Below, piece after piece: positions 20,989-29,187 of a stretch of 64,000 nucleotides of DNA. Below the pieces are notes generated by a model. The model did no database searches. It saw nothing but the letters and a program-made list of their open reading frames with translations, and was not told the origin of the DNA. Source of the DNA: Patescibacteria group bacterium (GTDB lineage: Bacteria > Patescibacteriota > Gracilibacteria > UBA4473); NCBI GenBank assembly GCA_965660445.1, contig CBFIAK010000001.1:576001-640000 (forward strand), given 5' to 3'. Every line of letters begins with the position of its first letter. Within the stretch, counting starts at the first letter, position 1. A program made the translations under genes and the position numbers.

Positions 20989-22947
20989 ATGAAAAGAAAT
21001 AGTCGTCTTGATGCTTTTGATGCTGATATTCATGATTTTGAGTATGAAAATACTCAGCTTGTTCGTGATATTGTACAAGAAGGACATATTCTTTTTAATG
21101 AGAAAGGAGAAACAATAGAATCAGAAGATGATCGAAACCAATCAGAGTTTATTCATCGTATTTCTGCTTTAGATTTACCATTAAATCACAAGAGTGATGG
21201 GAAAATAAATTCGTATGAAAATTTAGGGTATTTGACTCTTTTATTACAGCGTGAATTAAATGGAAAACGGAGAGGAAAATTTAGTGATCCGAAAATTCAA
21301 GAAGAATATACGGACTGGAAAGAACGAAAAGTGGAGGATCCAGAAACACATGTTTATTTGCAAGAAATATTTCTTCAATCAGTTGAATATTTAGAAGAAT
21401 ACTTAGAAATAGAAGTACCAAAACAATTAAAGTCGCATATTGATTTATTTCATAGAGGATTTGCAGAAGTATTGAAATTTTTATCACTATCACATGTCAA
21501 CCGGCCTAATAAACGATTAGGGGCTTTTGTGTGTGCATTATGTAGTATCGCTGAAACGATTCATTATACAAGAAGTAAACCAGATGAACTGACATCTCTG
21601 CAAGAAAAAACAAAAGATTTTGCTGAATTCATAATTCAAAAAGGAAATATGGGGGTTGTGTCTCTCGATGATTTAGAGCAACGGTTCTCTCTAAAAAGCA
21701 TAGTTCCGGTTTCTTTTGAAGGAGGGTATTTCAAAATGAAGAGTATTGAGTTTGATACAAAAAAAGAACATCGTATTTGGTCGAAGTTATTACGTATAGC
21801 CGATAAAGACAGATCTGACATTGTGAAAGATGGTATTCGGTGTCGTATTTGTGTTGATGCAAATCAAAAAGAAGAAGTGATTCGTTGGTTATCATCACTT
21901 CAGTTTGAGGAAAAGAAAAGTAGTAATACAACGCGATCTGCACAATGGGATGCCATTACCTATATGACAGGAAAATTTCAAGGATCAAATGTTGAGGTTC
22001 AGATTACTGATGAAGAGATGATGAAACGAAGTGATTGGGGAGTCTTGAGACACGAAGTGTATGAAGAAATCCAAAAGATGTTGATATTAAGCCGACTTTT
22101 TGGTTCGGTAAGTGTGGCACGCATGGAACAGAAAAAGAAAGATCTTGTACATCATTATGCTGTTGATGAGGAGGCTCTCGAAAAGAGAATGAATCAATTT
22201 TTTTTCAAGAATCGTGATACAAACCGATATTATTCGTACGAATATGAGTTTCGTATGAGAGGGAAGGGGATTTATAAATCGCATCGTTTTGATGGACTTT
22301 TGGATTATTTTTTAACAGAATTTTATAAACGAGAAGACTTGAGATCGCTCAGGAGTATTTCATATGAAACCTTAGAATCTATTATTCGAGAAAAAAAAAT
22401 TCCAGATGATCTATCAATTGATAAATCTCAAGAAATATATGATTATATGCGAACAAAGAAAGGAGTTTCACTTTCTCTTTTAAAAGGATTAGAACTCGAT
22501 TTAGAAAAACGAAAAACAATGATTCATGTTCGAGATTCTGTTTCTGGAATTATTGAAAACCATAATATTTCGCTCTTATCATCTTCAAAAAAAATAAAAG
22601 CACATATTGAATCTATTTTGATTGATTCGGGGATGAACCGTACAGAAATAGAAGAATATCTAAATTTTTTTGGTGAATCATGGAATGATCGTCGAAAAGT
22701 TTGGGAAGACTACAAAAAAGATGGATTAAATGATATGGTTTCAGCGAAATTATTTTGGAAGACATTTTTTTGGGAAGAACAAAAAGGGTTCATTCAAACC
22801 TTTATTTCCGATGAATTTGTTCAAAAGAAATTAATAGATTCTTTAGAATCATTTATTGATGAATATATTGAGGAAATGGGGGACTCAGATTCATTTATAT
22901 TTTTTGAACACAAAAAGAGTACAAATATAAAACAAAAAAAGGAATAA
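20989..22947 (+). CDS. Hypothetical protein with a divergent RelA/SpoT-like nucleotidyltransferase core
   Basis: Ordered motifs TKKEHRIWSKLLR, DIVKDGIRCRI, VEVQIT.EEM, WGVLRHEVYE parallel the RSH synthetase motifs; start moved from 20803 to avoid overlap with gatC. Confidence 0.6.
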   Translation: MKRNSRLDAFDADIHDFEYENTQLVRDIVQEGHILFNEKGETIESEDDRNQSEFIHRISALDLPLNHKSDGKINSYENLGYLTLLLQRELNGKRRGKFSDPKIQEEYTDWKERKVEDPETHVYLQEIFLQSVEYLEEYLEIEVPKQLKSHIDLFHRGFAEVLKFLSLSHVNRPNKRLGAFVCALCSIAETIHYTRSKPDELTSLQEKTKDFAEFIIQKGNMGVVSLDDLEQRFSLKSIVPVSFEGGYFKMKSIEFDTKKEHRIWSKLLRIADKDRSDIVKDGIRCRICVDANQKEEVIRWLSSLQFEEKKSSNTTRSAQWDAITYMTGKFQGSNVEVQITDEEMMKRSDWGVLRHEVYEEIQKMLILSRLFGSVSVARMEQKKKDLVHHYAVDEEALEKRMNQFFFKNRDTNRYYSYEYEFRMRGKGIYKSHRFDGLLDYFLTEFYKREDLRSLRSISYETLESIIREKKIPDDLSIDKSQEIYDYMRTKKGVSLSLLKGLELDLEKRKTMIHVRDSVSGIIENHNISLLSSSKKIKAHIESILIDSGMNRTEIEEYLNFFGESWNDRRKVWEDYKKDGLNDMVSAKLFWKTFFWEEQKGFIQTFISDEFVQKKLIDSLESFIDEYIEEMGDSDSFIFFEHKKSTNIKQKKE

Positions 22948-23019
22948 GTAAATCGAAAAATATTGACGAAAAAGAGGAATAAGGGAACAATATTTGTGTA
23001 CTTTATGTTTATTTTTGTA

Positions 23020-23496
23020 ATGGAAGAAGTGAGTTCATCGGTATTCTCTGGAGGTGATGAAGCATTGATTGGTCTCTTTTTGTTGATGCCAATTCTTGCA
23101 ATTTTGTTTTGTATAATACTGGGAATTGTATTGGCTTCAACGTGTGTGCTTTTTCAAAAAGCGGGTTATAAGTGGTATGAAGGGCTTATTAGTGGACATA
23201 ATTCCGTTGTTTTTCTCAAGATAGCTCAAAAACCAATTTGGTGGTTTTTTCTTGTTTTGTTACCGTTTTTGGCGTCTGTGATAGGGGCTTTGACGGCTCA
23301 TGAAATAGTATATGCAATATTAGTTGGTGGATCTTTGGTGTTTTTGTTTGTTTTGCATATAAAAATACTGTTTTCACTCTCTCATCTTTTTGGGAAATCA
23401 AAGAAATTTGCTATTGGACTTATCCTTTTACCGTTTATATTTTTGCCAATACTTGCGTTTGGAGACGCAGAGTATAAGGGCGTTTGTTCTTGTTAA
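23020..23496 (+). CDS. DUF5684-like membrane protein
   Basis: LFQKAG.KW...LI...N....LKIA.KP.WW; FGKSKKFAIGLILLPFIFLPILAFGDAEY. Confidence 0.75.
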   Translation: MEEVSSSVFSGGDEALIGLFLLMPILAILFCIILGIVLASTCVLFQKAGYKWYEGLISGHNSVVFLKIAQKPIWWFFLVLLPFLASVIGALTAHEIVYAILVGGSLVFLFVLHIKILFSLSHLFGKSKKFAIGLILLPFIFLPILAFGDAEYKGVCSC

Positions 23497-23515
23497 ATAC
23501 ACATACAAACACACG

Positions 23516-23558
23516 AAAAAAAGAGTCCTCACAAAATATACGAGGACTCTTTTTTTTT
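23516..23558 (+). terminator. Intrinsic terminator
   Basis: AAAAAAAGAGTCCTC-loop-GAGGACTCTTTTTTT. Confidence 0.75.
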
Positions 23559-23626
23559 GAAAAGCAAGGGTATTGAGGGGGGTGTGCTCTTGAAGTAATA
23601 GGCAATACTCGATAGACTGTGAGACG

Positions 23627-24475
23627 ATGAACTATTGGATTCGTTTATTATCACGAAGTTTTCGAGAAGGCTCCATTCAGTTGTGGCGAAATAAATTTTT
23701 ATCGTTTTCAACTATTTTTTTGGGAGGGCTTATTCTCTTTCTGTTGAACTTTATGATGAGTATCGAGTATTACGCAGATGCTTCTTTGGCTCGGTTAGAA
23801 ACAAAAGCTGATTTTGTAGCACTCTTTGATTCAGGGTATGATGTGTTTGAACGAGAGGCGTTGGAGAATGATTTGCTCCTTTTTCCCGTTTCGGTGACTC
23901 GAAAAGAACCCGTATTAGAAGATGGAATTTTGTTGCCAGAAAGACTGCATATAACGTTTCATGAATTAGAGTCAGTACAAAGAGTGTTTGAGATACTTAA
24001 AAGTCAGAGATATGGTGTTTTGTTTCAACAATGGGATCACGAAGGAGAGCGTGAGTTTGTGGAAATTGTTGATCAGTTGTTACGTATTCGTCACACAGTA
24101 GAACGAGTGGGGTTTTGGATGCTTATTATTTTTGTATGTGGAGGTGTATTTTTAGGGCTCAATACTTTTCGGATTGTTCTTTTTTCTCGAAAAGACGAAA
24201 TTTTTATTGCTCGACTTGTCGGTGCTGAGCATCGATTTATATCGTGGCCATTTTTATGGGAGGGGATTTTAGTCGGGTTTTTATCAGCTTGTATTGGTAT
24301 TGTTGTCTTTATTCTTGTCTTAAGAGAGGTTTATTTTTTACCAGGAGGAGATATTTTTGTGTACTTTCTAAATGAAGGTGTTTTTGCATATCAGTTGTAT
24401 GGATCTGGACTCGTTGGTGGTGTTGGAGCTTGGTTTGCGGTAAGACGGTATTTGTTTGGTCATTTTGATAAATAA
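23627..24475 (+). CDS. ftsX: FtsX-like cell division permease
   Basis: N-terminal WRNKFLSFSTI TM; NTFRIVLFSRKDEIFIARLVGA...I.WPFL.EG; C-terminal AVRRYL. Confidence 0.85.
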   Translation: MNYWIRLLSRSFREGSIQLWRNKFLSFSTIFLGGLILFLLNFMMSIEYYADASLARLETKADFVALFDSGYDVFEREALENDLLLFPVSVTRKEPVLEDGILLPERLHITFHELESVQRVFEILKSQRYGVLFQQWDHEGEREFVEIVDQLLRIRHTVERVGFWMLIIFVCGGVFLGLNTFRIVLFSRKDEIFIARLVGAEHRFISWPFLWEGILVGFLSACIGIVVFILVLREVYFLPGGDIFVYFLNEGVFAYQLYGSGLVGGVGAWFAVRRYLFGHFDK

Positions 24476-25168
24476 ATGGGACGGATATTTGAGTCTGTGC
24501 ATGGTCTTTTATTGAAAAAGACGAACTTACCCAATGATGACGCTTTTTTAGATGTTTTTACAAAAGAACACGGACGTATTCAAATATCGGTAAGAAAACT
24601 AGCAAATTCTCGTAAAAAAAATGCAGAAATAGATTTTTTTCGGTTTCTTTTATTTGGGGTGGAAAAAACAAGAACTGGAAACTATGTGTTGAGAACGGTT
24701 GAAGCTTTACAGGTTTTTTCAAATATGTCATCAGCTCATGCTTTACTAAAAAGAGGATTTGTGTGGTTGGAATGTATACGTCGGTCGGGTATTGATTCAG
24801 AAGGGGATGAAAGTGTTTTTCAAACGTGTTTGCATTGTTTTGAGCGTGCGAGTGTTTTAAATATGAAGGCATGGGATGTCTATATTCGTATTTTTATATT
24901 AGATAAAGCTGGGTTATTTGTGCGTTTTGATAGTGTAAGAGGGGATGTGTATTTCGATGTGAGTCATTTTGCGTTTTTAAAAACACAAAAAGCTGATACC
25001 ATTTTTATTCCAAACAGAATTCGCCAAATAATAGAGTTTGTCAGAAGAGAAGATATAATTCTCTTTGAAGAAAAACATCATCAGTTTCAAGACGATGAAT
25101 GGAACGCTATTCAAGATATTGTGAAAGTAATTGAGGAATATCATTATGAGTCTTTTTCTGATGTATAA
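24476..25168 (+). CDS. recO: DNA repair protein RecO (divergent)
   Basis: N-terminal OB fold GLLLKK.N...DD.FL.VFTKEHGRI....R....SRKK; typical length. Confidence 0.75.
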   Translation: MGRIFESVHGLLLKKTNLPNDDAFLDVFTKEHGRIQISVRKLANSRKKNAEIDFFRFLLFGVEKTRTGNYVLRTVEALQVFSNMSSAHALLKRGFVWLECIRRSGIDSEGDESVFQTCLHCFERASVLNMKAWDVYIRIFILDKAGLFVRFDSVRGDVYFDVSHFAFLKTQKADTIFIPNRIRQIIEFVRREDIILFEEKHHQFQDDEWNAIQDIVKVIEEYHYESFSDV

Positions 25169-25260
25169 AATAGAATAATTGATGATGTGAGACAATATGG
25201 ATTTATTGACCAAAGGGGTATAAAAAAAGAGAATAGGAGTGAATTTATAAGGTTTTATTT

Positions 25261-25884
25261 ATGCGTCATCGTTCTGCAATTGTTTTCGGATATGTATTAG
25301 CCCTTTCTTTTTTTGTTGTTCCGTTCGCTCATGCATTTGATTCTGTTGTTTGGAGTGTTCAAAATACGTCACAAAACAACGCAGATGCTTTACAAGACGG
25401 AGCTTATCCAGGTGATGTATTGCGATTTGATATTGATGTTACTCCTGTTGATGGGCCAGAAGACTTTTTACTTGTAGATGTTACTCAAATTATTGATAAA
25501 TCTCGTATTATTGACAAAGGGTTCGGGGATTTAAGTGGAAATGAATTATCCTATCCGGTGTTTGATGGATCAGAAATGACATTCTTTGTGAGAGTAAATC
25601 AAGACTGTACAACGGCCGATCCAACATTGATGGCAACTGCAGATGGAGAATCTGTTTCCGTGAATTTATTTTGTTTAGAGTCTGGAGCAACTGAGCCATC
25701 AGGAGGAGGAAGTAATGAACCTCGAGAAGTGGTTGAAACTCCTCCAATGGAAGAGTTAAACACAAGCGATGTATTGTTGCCGAGTACGGGAACTTCATCA
25801 CAAAATATAATTATGAGTGTTATCGGTATTGTGCTTTTCGGGGCAATTGCTTTGGGGAGTTTATACGTTTCTAAAAAAGACTAA
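25261..25884 (+). CDS. Secreted protein with LPxTG-type C-terminal sorting signal
   Basis: Signal peptide ending AHA; LPSTG, then a hydrophobic helix and KKD tail. Confidence 0.75.
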   Translation: MRHRSAIVFGYVLALSFFVVPFAHAFDSVVWSVQNTSQNNADALQDGAYPGDVLRFDIDVTPVDGPEDFLLVDVTQIIDKSRIIDKGFGDLSGNELSYPVFDGSEMTFFVRVNQDCTTADPTLMATADGESVSVNLFCLESGATEPSGGGSNEPREVVETPPMEELNTSDVLLPSTGTSSQNIIMSVIGIVLFGAIALGSLYVSKKD

Positions 25885-26007
25885 TCAGCACACAGTAGAA
25901 AACAATGAAGAAAGCGGGTGTATTCTGAAGTTTCAGAATAGGCCCTTTCTTTTTTGGTGTTGTATTGAAATAATTGTTTTCTTGTGATATAATAAAAAGA
26001 ATTCTAC

Positions 26008-26298
26008 ATGTTTTATAGAAACCATCGGCAATCGGGGAAGAAAAAGAGTGTTTTTGGGGGACATGTAAAGTCTCCTCAAGAGATTCGAGCCTTGAATAAA
26101 AATATTCGATCGGTTGAGAAAGCTGAGTTAAAAGCTTTTGAAGAGCATTTAGAATCAAATGCTCATCACATTTGGGATGATTCAAGTGGATCATCTGGTG
26201 GTGATTCTGATAGTGTGGATAAGCAATTAACGTCAAAAGAAAAACTTATGATTCTTTCTCGGTTACAGCTTAATTTAAATAAATTATTACAAAAATAA
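26008..26298 (+). CDS. Small hypothetical protein
   Basis: 96-aa ORF with TATAAT upstream; 2 bp from the next ORF. Confidence 0.6.
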   Translation: MFYRNHRQSGKKKSVFGGHVKSPQEIRALNKNIRSVEKAELKAFEEHLESNAHHIWDDSSGSSGGDSDSVDKQLTSKEKLMILSRLQLNLNKLLQK

Positions 26299-26300
26299 TC

Positions 26301-26597
26301 ATGGATAAAAAGTTATCATCGGCTCCAGAAAAAAAAGATATATTTCATGAGAAAGAAAACGGGTTTCATGTGAAAAAGGAAACACTTAAAACAGAGGTAG
26401 AAACAGACGTTTCTCTTGATGAAAATCGTGTAGATATTGAAGTACAACATACAAAAGAATTGCTTTCTCATCTTGATACGAAAAATGGAATTCCTCTCGA
26501 ACTTTTAGAAGGTATTGATATCGATGATCCAGAGGTTCGTTTATTTTTGAAAAATGAGTGTGGTATTGATTTGGATCGATTAGAAAGTATTAATTAA
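26301..26597 (+). CDS. Small acidic hypothetical protein
   Basis: 98-aa ORF in operon-like spacing. Confidence 0.6.
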   Translation: MDKKLSSAPEKKDIFHEKENGFHVKKETLKTEVETDVSLDENRVDIEVQHTKELLSHLDTKNGIPLELLEGIDIDDPEVRLFLKNECGIDLDRLESIN

Positions 26598-26712
26598 AAA
26601 TAAGAATATTAAGAATCAAGAAGAATATTTTCTTTTTGAGTTAAAAATGATTGATTTTTTTGTCTGATACGGGTATTAAAGAGTCAAGTATTTTTAATCC
26701 TTCTTTATTCTT

Positions 26713-27066
26713 ATGAAAAATTTAATTCTTTTTTCTGTTTTAACGGTTCCTACCTTGGTTTTTGCGGGCGGATATGGTGGTGGGTCATCATATTCTCCAA
26801 AAAGCACTCAAACTTCACCAGTGACTATTACAATACCAGTGACGACAAATTCTGATATGATGACAGAGCCTATGCCAGTTGTAGAAGAAATGCCAGTTGT
26901 TACTCAAACTCCACGAGTTCGATACAATCCATATCTTTGGAGAGCTATGCGATCAGCTGAGTTAGTATCTCCTATTGATCGAAAGACAACAGGACACACT
27001 ATTGTTGATCAACGAACACAACGTGCACAGTCTCGATTGATGAGATACCGAATGTTGGGGCAATAG
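26713..27066 (+). CDS. Secreted low-complexity hypothetical protein
   Basis: Signal peptide ending VFA; G-rich then P/T-rich linker; Arg-rich C terminus. Confidence 0.7.
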   Translation: MKNLILFSVLTVPTLVFAGGYGGGSSYSPKSTQTSPVTITIPVTTNSDMMTEPMPVVEEMPVVTQTPRVRYNPYLWRAMRSAELVSPIDRKTTGHTIVDQRTQRAQSRLMRYRMLGQ

Positions 27067-27082
27067 TGTTCATTATAATCCG

Positions 27083-27173
27083 GAATCTTGAATCTAGAAT
27101 GAATAGCAGGAATCACAAGGTTGTCCACAGCCTTGTGATTTTTTTGTATATTTCATACTTTAAGATTCATAAT
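27083..27173 (+). repeat. Composite heptamer/palindrome repeat, copy 1 (also a probable terminator)
   Basis: (GAATCTN)n, AATCACAAGG-ttgtccacag-CCTTGTGATT, T-tract, then ATTCATA-like units. Confidence 0.8.
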
Positions 27174-27193
27174 ACTAATTTTCCCAATAGTAT

Positions 27194-27221
27194 TTGACCA
27201 AGATTCTTTTTTTAGTAGAAT
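27194..27221 (+). promoter_or_regulatory. Sigma70-type promoter upstream of tRNA-Met
   Basis: TTGACC-N16-TAGAAT. Confidence 0.5.
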
Positions 27222-27240
27222 TGAGGAAGCGTGAGAGCTC

Positions 27241-27371
27241 TAAAGAGCTCGAATCTGGAATCCTGAATCTGGAATCTAGAATGAATCACAGGAAACGCAA
27301 AAAGTCGTGAGATTATGCAAAACCTTGTGATTACGCCATAATTCATACTTCATGATTCATAATTCATAATT
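27241..27371 (+). repeat. Composite heptamer/palindrome repeat, copy 2
   Basis: TAAAGAGCTC GAATCTG GAATCCT GAATCTG GAATCTA, AATCACAGG...CCTTGTGATT, ATTCATA CTTCATG ATTCATA ATTCATA. Confidence 0.8.
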
Positions 27372-27380
27372 CCAATTTCC

Positions 27381-27529
27381 CCATTTACTGAAAATGTGAA
27401 ATCATTCATGTGATAATGCGATTACTAAAAAAAATTTAGTAGTAGCGTGTAGAATTTTTTTTAAGACGAGATGATGATACAATATTGGAAGCCAATGGTG
27501 CATACCATTTACTGAAAATGTAAAATCAT
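27381..27529 (+). repeat. 25-bp direct repeat pair
   Basis: CCATTTACTGAAAATGT(G/A)AAATCAT at 27381-27405 and 27505-27529. Confidence 0.85.
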
Positions 27530-27539
27530 CAGCGAGGAC

Positions 27540-27616
27540 GGCTCGGTAGCTCAGTTGGTGAGAGCGCAGGATTCATAACCCTGAGGTCGACAGTTCAAAT
27601 CTGTCTCGAGCCACCA
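27540..27616 (+). tRNA. tRNA-Met(CAT), elongator type (Ile2 not excluded)
   Basis: Cloverleaf: GGCTCGG/TCGAGCC acceptor with paired G1-C72, anticodon arm CAGGA-TTCATAA-CCCTG, GTTCAAAT T-loop, encoded CCA. Confidence 0.95.
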
Positions 27617-27711
27617 TTGAATGTCATGACAAACAATTATAAAAAAATCACCAGTGCTTCAATGATGTGCCATATGACACCGAGACTTAATATTAAGTTT
27701 AATTTAACCCT

Positions 27712-28182
27712 ATGAGTACCATGCAAAAAATAGTTCCAAATCTTTGGTTTGAAGGCAATGCAAAAGAAGCAGTAGAATACTACTTATCGATATTCAAAGA
27801 TGGTAGAATTATAAATATTACCTACTACCCTAAAACAGAAACTGAAGGACTTGCTGATTTTCAAAAGGATCTTGCGGGTAAAGTGCTTACAGTGGAATTC
27901 GAAATATTAGGAATGAGGTTTATCGCTATAAATGCAGGGCCAGAATTTAAGTTTAATGAGTCTGTTTCGTTTATGATAACTTGCAAAGACCAAGCGGAAA
28001 TTGACTATTACTGGGATTCACTAACCACTAATGGTGGTGAAGAAAGTGTGTGCGGATGGCTCAAAGATAAGTATGGGTTAAGTTGGCAGGTTAGTCCTAA
28101 AAACTGGGAAGAACTTAATAAAAAGCCAGGTGCCTTTAAAAAATTGATGGGAATGAAAAAGCTCATTATTGCAGACTTTTAA
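27712..28182 (+). CDS. VOC/PhnB-like glyoxalase superfamily protein
   Basis: QKIVPNLWF, AINAGPEFKFNESVSF, QAEIDYYWD.L, CGWLKDKYGLSWQV. Confidence 0.92.
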   Translation: MSTMQKIVPNLWFEGNAKEAVEYYLSIFKDGRIINITYYPKTETEGLADFQKDLAGKVLTVEFEILGMRFIAINAGPEFKFNESVSFMITCKDQAEIDYYWDSLTTNGGEESVCGWLKDKYGLSWQVSPKNWEELNKKPGAFKKLMGMKKLIIADF

Positions 28183-28390
28183 TCTAGATAAAACCTGTCT
28201 AAATTGTTAAGAATATAACTGAGAAGGCTTGGTTTATCATCCAAAATTAATTATAGCTTGTGGGCTGCTGTGTTCAATAATGACTTATGTTTTCATTACA
28301 ACATCCTTGTAGAAATCCTCAACTTTAGATACCGTTATTAAAGAGAGATACTGCTTTAAATCGCTTAATACAGTGTCTAAAATGGGGTCG

Positions 28391-28435
28391 AACCCTTTGG
28401 TCATCGGTTCAATATCTGTCTTGGAGGGCCCACCA
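28391..28435 (+). pseudogene. Degenerate tRNA 3' fragment (attR-like)
   Basis: aaccct..ggtc...gttcaa(t)atctgtct..gag..ccacca aligns with the 3' half of tRNA-Met (about 27577-27616). Confidence 0.55.
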
Positions 28436-28491
28436 TTCTACGCACAGCGTAGAATGCCCTGTGTAGCTTTATGCGAAGCATGGGCTTTTTT
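28435..28491 (+). terminator. Tandem hairpins ending in a T-tract
   Basis: ATTCTACGC-aca-GCGTAGAAT, then GCCC...GCTT..GCGAAGC..GGGC-TTTTTT. Confidence 0.55.
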
Positions 28492-28492
28492 C

Positions 28493-28610
28493 GATGAATT
28501 ATGAGTTATGAATTATGAATTATACATAACAATCACAAGGCTGTGGTCAACCTTGTGATTTTTGTGATGGGAACAAGATTCCAGATTCTCATTCAGATTC
28601 AAGCTCTTTA
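28493..28610 (-). repeat. Composite heptamer/palindrome repeat, copy 3 (inverted)
   Basis: (TATGAAT)n, AATCACAAGG-ctgtggtcaa-CCTTGTGATT, AGATTC units, AAGCTCTTTA; reverse complement of copies 1 and 2. Confidence 0.8.
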
Positions 28611-28704
28611 TTACTGGACAAAAGATGTCTTTTGAGAGTATTATAAAAATGTTCTTTTTAAAAAAAATCATTGTTTTATTTTTTGTCTCTTAAGGAGGGA
28701 TAAT

Positions 28705-29112
28705 ATGCGGAATATACAGATATATGGTGTGTTTTTTTGTATAGGGTGGATTCTCTTATCTTGTGATTCGCCTTTACAACATCAATCATTACTCCATGAA
28801 TATGAAGATCTGGAGCTTCGATCAATCGATATGTATGAAATTGGATTAAAAAGTCAGTATGAGAAACGGTCTATTAATGGATCTCATATTGAAGAAATAT
28901 CAATATGTGAAGGGCCTGTATCTCCTTATATTTCCATTGTTTCAAGAAACTTTCTTTTTAGGATCCATCATGAAATTCCTTTGTGTCAACTTTCTATTAC
29001 AAAAAAAGGAAAAGATATAGAGTTCCATATGGAAGACCTTACAATAGCGTCGTTTCATTTCTCGTATGAAGCTGATCTCGAGAGATTCCTTTCTCGAATT
29101 GATGATTTTTAA
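28705..29112 (+). CDS. Putative lipoprotein
   Basis: Strong SD (AAGGAGG); hydrophobic leader with lipobox-like LLSC. Confidence 0.65.
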   Translation: MRNIQIYGVFFCIGWILLSCDSPLQHQSLLHEYEDLELRSIDMYEIGLKSQYEKRSINGSHIEEISICEGPVSPYISIVSRNFLFRIHHEIPLCQLSITKKGKDIEFHMEDLTIASFHFSYEADLERFLSRIDDF

Positions 29113-29126
29113 AAGACACAAACCCA

Positions 29127-29162
29127 AAAAAAACTCGAATACACTTTTGTATTTGAGTTTTT
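29127..29162. terminator. Bidirectional terminator closing the fibre cluster
   Basis: AAAAACTCGAATACA-cttt-TGTATTTGAGTTTTT between convergent genes. Confidence 0.7.
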
Positions 29163-29187
29163 CTTTATACCCCTTATTTTTTCTATT

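Noticed and set aside
27121-27129. DnaA box (TTGTCCACA) suggesting oriC
   Set aside because: A single near-match inside a repeat loop, whose counterpart in copy 3 is further degenerate; no box cluster and no dnaA/dnaN nearby
27381-27529. CRISPR mini-array
   Set aside because: Only two 25-bp repeats with a 99-bp gap, too long for a spacer; no cas genes
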